From Vitreimonas sp. (lineage in GTDB: Bacteria > Patescibacteriota > Microgenomatia > UBA1400 > PJMF01), in NCBI GenBank assembly GCA_035627515.1, contig DASPLQ010000012.1:567558-631557 (forward strand): a stretch of DNA of 64,000 nucleotides. Direction: 5' to 3'. Below are positions 57,461-64,000 of the stretch, piece after piece. A program made the position numbers and the translations under genes. Under the pieces are notes generated by a model. It saw only the letters and a list, made by a program, of their open reading frames with translations. It did no database searches and was not told where the DNA came from. The first letter of the stretch is position 1. The number at the start of each line of letters is the position of its first letter.

Positions 57461-59650
57461 ATGCCGCGCAAGAAAAAGTCACTCAAACTCAAGATTCGTC
57501 CCGAGACGCTGCACTCAATTGTGGCCGTGATTCTGATCCTGATTGGGGTCCTAATTATGGTTTCATTTACTGGGCAAGGGATGGTGCTGGCAGCGATCAA
57601 TCAAATTCTCGTTACCAAACTAGGTCTCTCGATGCTGTTTTTACCCTTTGTGTTCATTGCCGCTGGTCTAGTGATGTTCCAAACCAAATGGGCGTGGTCT
57701 AAACCTCATGTGCTGCTAGGTACTCTTTTTTTAATGATTGGCACCATGGGCGTGGCTCGCTCAGGTGAAATTGGTGAGCAAACGTTTCTTAACCTAGCTA
57801 CGCTCCTGTCACCGATTGGCAGTTATGTGGTTTTCAGTAGCTTTTTTATCATTGGTGCTCTGATCATGATGCAGCTCTCAATTGCTGAAGTGCTCGAGGT
57901 AATTGCGGCTTGGAATGAGCGTCGCGCCTTAGCCAAACCTGCCCCAGCCCGGGCAGAGCCAGACCCCGCCGAACTCAAACAGGCTCGTGGCTTTCAGATC
58001 CCTAAACTTTCGCTGGGATTTGGTAAAAAAGCTGATCAACCTGGCTTTAGCGTCAATGACAATACGTCTAGCCTCAAGAACCAAGGTGATGACGGCACAG
58101 CTACAGCTGTCCCTACCCAGGCCAAGCCCGCTCAAGTGGCACCTGGTACTAAGCCCAAAGATGCTCTGACTGAAAACTCTAATTTACTGCCCAATAACGC
58201 TCAATTAATTTGGGAGTATCCACCGTTGTCAATTTTGTCTGCCAGCCGTGGTGGGGAAGCTGATCGTGGCGACGTCAAAGCTAACGCCCAAATCATCGAA
58301 GCCACACTGGATTCATTTGGGATTAAAGCTCGGGTTGCCGAGGTTAATTATGGTCCGTCCGTGACGCAATATGCCTTAGAAATTACTCGGGGTACCAAGT
58401 TATCAAAAATTACCACTTTAGCCACTGACTTAGCGCTAGCTTTGGCTGCGCCCACTGGTCAAATCCGGATCGAGGCGCCGATTGCTGGCCGGGCGTTAGT
58501 GGGTATCGAAGTGCCTAATCACTCTGCACAATTTGTGACCTTACGGACGATGTTAACCTCTGAGCAAATGAAGAAACACAAATCGAAATTGGCGGTGGCC
58601 TTGGGTATTGATGTGGCTGGTAATCCTAATATTGCCGATATTGCCAAGATGCCTCACGTGCTGGTAGCTGGTTCTACTGGTTCCGGTAAATCCGTGGCTG
58701 TGAACACCTTTATTTGTTCCATTTTATTCCGCGCTAGCCCCTCTGAAGTGAAGTTCATTCTGGTGGATCCTAAGCGGGTGGAGTTGACGGGTTATAACGA
58801 CATTCCTCACTTATTAACGCCAGTGATTGTGGAGCCTAAAAAGGTGGTTTCGGCTTTGAAATGGGCCACAGCTGAGATGGATCGGCGCTATAAACAGTTG
58901 GCTGAAGTCGGTGTCAAAAACATTGACGGCTACAATGAGTTGGCAGGTTTTGCCGCTATGCCGAGTATCGTAATTATCATCGATGAGTTAGCTGACATGA
59001 TGTTATTTGCGCCAGCTGAAGTGGAAGAAAGTATCACTCGCTTGGCCCAAATGGCACGGGCGGTGGGCATTCATTTGGTGCTGGCCACGCAGCGCCCATC
59101 TGTTGACGTCATCACTGGTTTGATCAAAGCTAACGTCCCGACCCGGATTGCCTTCAACGTTTCATCCATGACTGATTCACGCGTTATCATCGATGGTCCA
59201 GGTGCTGAGAAGTTATTGGGTAAAGGTGACATGTTATATGTGCCTCCTGATCAAGCTAAACCGAGCCGTATCCAAGGTACGTATGTTTCTGATCAAGAGA
59301 TTAAAGCTTTGATCGATCACATCAAATCCCAAGGCCAGAAACCTGAGTATCAAGACGAAATCACCACTAAATATCAGGCTACTACCGTCAAAGGTGGCTC
59401 CAGTGGTGAGGGTGGCGAAGATCGTGATGACCTGTTTGTAGAAGCCGTGAAATTATTCTCACAATATGACAAAGCTTCTTCCTCGTTGATTCAACGGCGT
59501 TTGTCCGTGGGTTATGCCCGCGCAGCGCGGATTTTAGATCAACTCTATGAAGCCGGTATGGTTGGTCCCGCTGAAGGCAGCAAACCTCGCGAGGTCAATC
59601 TCACTAAAGTCCGTGATTTCTTGAGCAGCCCTGAAGCGCTGGGGGAGTAA
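57461..59650 (+). CDS. ftsK: DNA translocase FtsK/SpoIIIE
   Basis: Four N-terminal TM helices, Pro/Ala linker, motor domain with Walker A GSTGSGKS and Walker B IIIDELAD, and a C-terminal gamma wHTH domain. Confidence 0.85.
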   Translation: MPRKKKSLKLKIRPETLHSIVAVILILIGVLIMVSFTGQGMVLAAINQILVTKLGLSMLFLPFVFIAAGLVMFQTKWAWSKPHVLLGTLFLMIGTMGVARSGEIGEQTFLNLATLLSPIGSYVVFSSFFIIGALIMMQLSIAEVLEVIAAWNERRALAKPAPARAEPDPAELKQARGFQIPKLSLGFGKKADQPGFSVNDNTSSLKNQGDDGTATAVPTQAKPAQVAPGTKPKDALTENSNLLPNNAQLIWEYPPLSILSASRGGEADRGDVKANAQIIEATLDSFGIKARVAEVNYGPSVTQYALEITRGTKLSKITTLATDLALALAAPTGQIRIEAPIAGRALVGIEVPNHSAQFVTLRTMLTSEQMKKHKSKLAVALGIDVAGNPNIADIAKMPHVLVAGSTGSGKSVAVNTFICSILFRASPSEVKFILVDPKRVELTGYNDIPHLLTPVIVEPKKVVSALKWATAEMDRRYKQLAEVGVKNIDGYNELAGFAAMPSIVIIIDELADMMLFAPAEVEESITRLAQMARAVGIHLVLATQRPSVDVITGLIKANVPTRIAFNVSSMTDSRVIIDGPGAEKLLGKGDMLYVPPDQAKPSRIQGTYVSDQEIKALIDHIKSQGQKPEYQDEITTKYQATTVKGGSSGEGGEDRDDLFVEAVKLFSQYDKASSSLIQRRLSVGYARAARILDQLYEAGMVGPAEGSKPREVNLTKVRDFLSSPEALGE

Positions 59651-59655
59651 GAGTT

Positions 59656-60099
59656 TTATCCTGGAACAGGCACAGGTTTGTTGACTTTAGGAAACACTAA
59701 AGTATCACAACTGATGTTGCTGGGTTCACGGACTTTGAAACGCCACCGAGCGGCAGGAGTATTTTGTAACTCGCTATCAGTGATGCCACAGACTGTGCGG
59801 GCTAACTCCAGATGCTGATCACTCAGGCGTAGCTTTTGTCCGTGGCCATCAGGAGTTAAAAAATCTATCTCACCGACGACTAACGATAAGATGCCTAAAG
59901 CTGGATAGGTAGTATCAGTTAAGTCGAGCTCATTGATTTGGCTGTGGAACCAAATTTCGGCATGATCAGGATGATAAACGGCGGGGTAGGTGTTAAGAAG
60001 ATCGGTGATGAAATTGGGTTGGAGAGGAGTTGAATTGTCAGCAGAGAGGTGCAACTTAGCTACTTCTTCAGGTAATAGTCGTCTTAAATTTTCGGACAC
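59656..60099 (-). CDS. hypothetical protein
   Basis: 147-aa ORF convergent with ftsK; no recognisable motif. Confidence 0.4.
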   Translation of the reverse strand: MSENLRRLLPEEVAKLHLSADNSTPLQPNFITDLLNTYPAVYHPDHAEIWFHSQINELDLTDTTYPALGILSLVVGEIDFLTPDGHGQKLRLSDQHLELARTVCGITDSELQNTPAARWRFKVREPSNISCDTLVFPKVNKPVPVPG

Positions 60100-60193
60100 G
60101 ACAGCTCCTTACTGACAAGTTTTAATACTCACTTGTTACACATATTGTAGCAGATTGTCTTACCCGAAGGGTAAAGTGAGATAATATTAGAGT

Positions 60194-62104
60194 ATGGTCA
60201 TTCAGAATTCTTTGCTGAAAAGCAAGTTAGCCCTTTTCTCACAAACGCTCTTTAAGCATAAAAAACTGATGGCGGGGATTTTAGTGATTGAGATTTGTTT
60301 GTCGATTATCTCAGTAGTGATTCCTTACTTCACTAAAATTCAGGTGGATTATTTGCAATCCCAACAGGCCTCGTTACCTTGGTTAAGTGGTTTTTCACCG
60401 TTACAAATCTTTGCCGTGTTGTTATTGATTCCTTTAAGCATTGAGCTGATCAGGATCGTAATTTTTGAGAAAATACGACGACAGCTGAGTTATGTGTTTG
60501 GGACTGAGTTACGGTTAAGCACTGAACAAATGATTTGGCAGAAGTTGGAAACATTAGACGCCGGTTTTTTTGCTAACGAACGCAATCAACGTATTTTGGC
60601 TTCAGCCATCAATTCCACCACGGTGGTCAGAGATTTTTTTGAGTTTATTAAACAACGAGTGGGAAATATCACCACGTTATTGGCAATTCTGCCTTTGTTA
60701 GGCTTAATCAGCTGGGAGTTGTTAGTGTTAGTGAGTGTGGTGGCGATGTTACAAGTGCTGTTGGGTGAGGTAGCCCGCCAACAGGAAGTGGCGATGAACA
60801 CCTTACGCGATCAGCATAACGAACAGTTTTGGAAAGTGGATCGAGCCCTCACCTATGATTACTACACGCTGAAAACCTTGGGAGCAGTGCCCAAGCTTTT
60901 GGGCATGTACAACCAGTTGCTCCGCGACAGAAATGCGCTGGATCTTAAACACGAAGCCGCTCGGGACGTGTTGACACTCTACGATTGGATCTTAAGAAAT
61001 GGCTTAACATTAATGACTAATGTATGGGTGGGCTGGCAAGTGCTAGAAGGTTCGATTTCACTGGGTACCTTTACCTTAGTAGTTTCATACACTTTACAAA
61101 TCAATGGTTTGTTAAATAGCTTTTTAGAGAGTGCCAAGGGATGGCGAGATATTGATTTACAGTGGGATCGATTACACTTTTTGGAGTTGTTGCAACCTCG
61201 CATTTCACAGGCCAAACGCCCGCAGCCATTACCAAGCTCACCTCTGGAGCTGTCGTTTGATAAAGTCGCTTTCACCTATCCTAACTTACACGACGAAGAA
61301 AAAAAATATATTGAGCTGATGGTTACAAAAACTCAGGGCTACCTCTCTAAATTTGCTTCGTATTACTACAAATACGACTTTGAACAATGGCAAAAATTGT
61401 TAGAAGCCCCAGTTAAAACTCAACAGGTACTAAAAAATGTTACATTGAAACTAGAGCGCGGTAAAGTTATCGCTTTATTGGGGCGCAATGGGGCTGGCAA
61501 AACTACCTTAACCCAGTTGTTAATGCATAACTATGAACCTGATAAGGGTAAGGTCTTACTTGACGGACAACCACTTTCCAATTTTCTCCAAAACGAATTA
61601 TTACAACTTTTTGCTGTCATCCATCAACGCCCGTTTATTTTGTATCGGTTTACGATTCGCGACAATGTTTTACTGGGAGTGAACCGACAGGTAAATGATG
61701 ATGAAATTTGGCAGATTTTGAAAAAATTAGACCTCGATATATTTATCAAACACCTGCCTAAACAGCTCGATACATTATTAGGAGAAGGATTAAACTTATC
61801 TGGAGGACAAGAACAGTTGTTAGCCATTGCCCGCGTCTTTTTACAATGCCGACCGTTTATTATTTTTGACGAAGGTATGAATCAATTGGATGTAGAACAC
61901 GAAACTAAAGTATTGGAGTTATTGATTGAACAAAGCCAGCAAGCTGGCGTGCTTTTTATTACCCACCGCATTACGGTCGCTCGCAAAGCTGATTATATTT
62001 ACATCCTCGATGATGGCAGTATTGTAGAACAGGGCACACATCCCAGCTTGCTTCAAAAAGAGGGGTTATACGCCAAGTTTTGGAAACTACATGTGGTGGA
62101 GTAA
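60194..62104 (+). CDS. ABC transporter, fused permease/ATP-binding (exporter type)
   Basis: Six-TM N-terminal domain; NBD with Walker A GRNGAGKTT, signature LSGGQEQ, Walker B IIFDEG. Confidence 0.8.
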   Translation: MVIQNSLLKSKLALFSQTLFKHKKLMAGILVIEICLSIISVVIPYFTKIQVDYLQSQQASLPWLSGFSPLQIFAVLLLIPLSIELIRIVIFEKIRRQLSYVFGTELRLSTEQMIWQKLETLDAGFFANERNQRILASAINSTTVVRDFFEFIKQRVGNITTLLAILPLLGLISWELLVLVSVVAMLQVLLGEVARQQEVAMNTLRDQHNEQFWKVDRALTYDYYTLKTLGAVPKLLGMYNQLLRDRNALDLKHEAARDVLTLYDWILRNGLTLMTNVWVGWQVLEGSISLGTFTLVVSYTLQINGLLNSFLESAKGWRDIDLQWDRLHFLELLQPRISQAKRPQPLPSSPLELSFDKVAFTYPNLHDEEKKYIELMVTKTQGYLSKFASYYYKYDFEQWQKLLEAPVKTQQVLKNVTLKLERGKVIALLGRNGAGKTTLTQLLMHNYEPDKGKVLLDGQPLSNFLQNELLQLFAVIHQRPFILYRFTIRDNVLLGVNRQVNDDEIWQILKKLDLDIFIKHLPKQLDTLLGEGLNLSGGQEQLLAIARVFLQCRPFIIFDEGMNQLDVEHETKVLELLIEQSQQAGVLFITHRITVARKADYIYILDDGSIVEQGTHPSLLQKEGLYAKFWKLHVVE

Positions 62105-62121
62105 ATAGAATATGAACAAAC

Positions 62122-62880
62122 TTAAAACGGATCGGTTTCTAACAACCTTCTTTCGAGCATATACCCATGCGTAGCTTTAATGGGTGAGTAACAGATTTGC
62201 AACTGATCATAATCCTGTGGCCGAAAAGCTCGCAGGTCTTCAGGGGTCTGAGGGCACTCACTTTTATCGGGGCGTTGCCAACATAAATCATTAGTATGTG
62301 CCCTATAACCTGAAGACACATACAGATCGTCACTCTTTGAACATAAACCAGAGGGGGCGGTTGCCCACAGCACAAAAAAGATTGAGCCAATGCTTAATCC
62401 AGCTGAAAGGAAGGAAATAAAAAGTAAAAGTGGATTAAATTTCCATATTTGGCGGGTGTGAAAAAAGTTGGCTGGGAAATACATTAATAACGTAGTCGTC
62501 AGCGTTTCTGTGATGAAGAAAAATCTCAAAATAGTTTTGCCGTCCCATTCTCTGGCCATAGGATAAAACTGATCCATGAGATGTATGAATAGAAAAAACT
62601 GAGCGGTAATCAACGTCACGCTCGTTGCAGACATTAACAATGCACTGCCAAGAGATTGCCAGATAGTGGCAGTTTTTTTGTGACTTTGTCTTAAGTAGTA
62701 CCACCATACTGGTGCGGTAATTAAACCAACTAACACGACGAAGTAGGCCGAAAAAGCTATCACCCATAACCAAAAACTGAAAATATGACTGAGGTTATTA
62801 AAGTAAGGATGAATGAAGAAATTCTGGAAATAAATCAGTGACCAATAAAAAATTTTTTGCATAATAGAGTGAAGTCTCAT
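62122..62880 (-). CDS. membrane protein with a Cys-containing C-terminal extracytoplasmic tail
   Basis: Several TM helices; C-terminal segment carries 5 Cys. Confidence 0.4.
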   Translation of the reverse strand: MRLHSIMQKIFYWSLIYFQNFFIHPYFNNLSHIFSFWLWVIAFSAYFVVLVGLITAPVWWYYLRQSHKKTATIWQSLGSALLMSATSVTLITAQFFLFIHLMDQFYPMAREWDGKTILRFFFITETLTTTLLMYFPANFFHTRQIWKFNPLLLFISFLSAGLSIGSIFFVLWATAPSGLCSKSDDLYVSSGYRAHTNDLCWQRPDKSECPQTPEDLRAFRPQDYDQLQICYSPIKATHGYMLERRLLETDPF

Positions 62881-63017
62881 CTATTATACAGACTCAGAGT
62901 GGACGTCAATGATTTGAAATGGAACTCTGCGATTGAGTGGATAAGAGGTAAAACCGCATAGTTTGATTGGCTTGAGGTATAATCCCTTAATTAAGAGAAA
63001 GAAACTAAGGAGCAAAA

Positions 63018-63716
63018 ATGTTACAGGAACATGACCCCAACTCACGTAGTATAGACTATGAAAAACAAGTTATTCCTCAAAGTGACTGGGCGTGGTATGA
63101 ACAAGTGAGACTTAAGTTCACTCCTCTCATGAGACTTTTTACTAGGAAGCCTTTGCAAATTTTTGAAGAGTTAGTAGCAAGATCTCGAAGGCATGAAATA
63201 CCAGCTAATGATGTTCTTAATTTCATTGACAGGCGTTCGAAAGCAGATACTCAAGACATTCTGTACATAGAATCTATAGGTTATTTTTTGGATCATGAAG
63301 CAAAAAATTTTGGAGAAAATGAGATAGTTAGAGACACTATACTTGAGCATATAGACAGTATTGATCAAATAAGACTAGCTATCTTAGCAGCTCTAGGAGA
63401 AAGAAATCCTTATATTTGGAGTAGTGAAAAATCTTTCCCTCTTACCCAATCTCTACCAGATGGAGAAAATAGTGATCTGATAGAACGATATAAAGAGGCA
63501 GTAGTAAAATTATATGAATATATTGAGTCTATGCAAGACATAGATAAAGAAGAAATTATTAAATTTCTAGAATTAGAGTTAGCGGAATACCAGTTAGGTA
63601 TTAAAACTGGAAAATTTCATAATGATCGTAAAGTTGATGACAACCGCAAAAAATTTCTTGAAGAACAAATCCCTTATCTTCAAAGAGCTCTCAGTCGTTT
63701 AAAACAGTCAGTATAA
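63018..63716 (+). CDS. hypothetical protein (low GC)
   Basis: 232-aa ORF, GC about 35%; no recognisable motif. Confidence 0.4.
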   Translation: MLQEHDPNSRSIDYEKQVIPQSDWAWYEQVRLKFTPLMRLFTRKPLQIFEELVARSRRHEIPANDVLNFIDRRSKADTQDILYIESIGYFLDHEAKNFGENEIVRDTILEHIDSIDQIRLAILAALGERNPYIWSSEKSFPLTQSLPDGENSDLIERYKEAVVKLYEYIESMQDIDKEEIIKFLELELAEYQLGIKTGKFHNDRKVDDNRKKFLEEQIPYLQRALSRLKQSV

Positions 63717-63968
63717 TAGATTGGCAGAGAGATTCTTGTCGCAGTTGGAACTACATTACGTTTCGCGGACCACCACTTCGATCTAGGTGTCTAAAACCAC
63801 GCAGCTCCATGCAACTTAGTGAAATGGTGGACATCCTTTCCCAAAGATGGAACCACTTAACTGAGTGGATTTTAACATGGGGTAAAGAGCTGGAGAAGTC
63901 AAAGTACCTGGCTAACATTTCACAACCCGTCTTGAGTTTTAATCACATCTAAAGGAGTGTAACTATCA

Positions 63969-64000
63969 TGCAATCACAGAGTAATTCACCACACGAATCT
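63969..64000 (+). CDS. 5' end of a hypothetical gene (partial at the window edge)
   Basis: AAAGGAG RBS followed by ATG 63969; the ORF runs off the window. Confidence 0.25.

Noticed and set aside
63720-63968. Possible tRNA or small RNA in the 250-bp non-coding stretch near the window end
   Set aside because: No cloverleaf could be assembled. A GGTTCGA-like T-loop is absent and acceptor-stem complementarity could not be found.
1-64000. CRISPR arrays, rRNA operons, tRNA genes
   Set aside because: No regularly spaced short direct repeats and no rRNA or tRNA signatures were seen. The only repeats present are the long modular intergenic elements reported above.

Overview
This 64 kb window is gene-dense (about 85% coding) and strongly biased to the + strand. 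It looks like a leading-strand core-genome segment of a small-genome bacterium. GC is about 46-50% in housekeeping genes. Several housekeeping proteins are unusually short (IF-2 of about 487 aa, HrcA of 241 aa, a short or split SufD), which suggests a reduced genome such as a Patescibacteria/CPR-like lineage; that placement is inference only. Recognisable housekeeping content, in order: trpS, ftsH, a 5'-3' exonuclease, a GT4 glycosyltransferase, hrcA-grpE-dnaK, then a GT2 glycosyltransferase, a methyltransferase and a zinc-finger-less DnaJ, nusA-infB, rpsO-pnp, sodA, a Nudix hydrolase, a suf cluster (sufC, sufB, sufD, sufS, sufU, a DUF59 protein), rnhB, rpiB, rpe-like, a LOG-family protein, a PfkB kinase, a Lon-like AAA+ ATPase, family-4 UDG, RNase J, ftsK and an ABC exporter. 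No rRNA, tRNA or CRISPR array was found. The most notable non-coding features are: (1) a ribosome-mediated attenuator upstream of trpS, with a 16-codon leader ORF carrying tandem Trp codons plus an antiterminator/terminator pair; (2) a modular, hairpin-rich intergenic repeat family present in four copies, each sitting in an unusually long intergenic region downstream of a + strand gene; (3) a CIRCE-like operator overlapping the hrcA promoter; (4) a perfect 19-bp palindrome over the start of a divergent kinase-like gene. Possible acquired regions are a roughly 33% GC island with a PIN-domain gene and a small upstream partner wedged between sufD and rnhB, and two lower-GC unknown genes inserted between sufC and sufB. 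Several other lower-GC orphan genes are scattered through the window.
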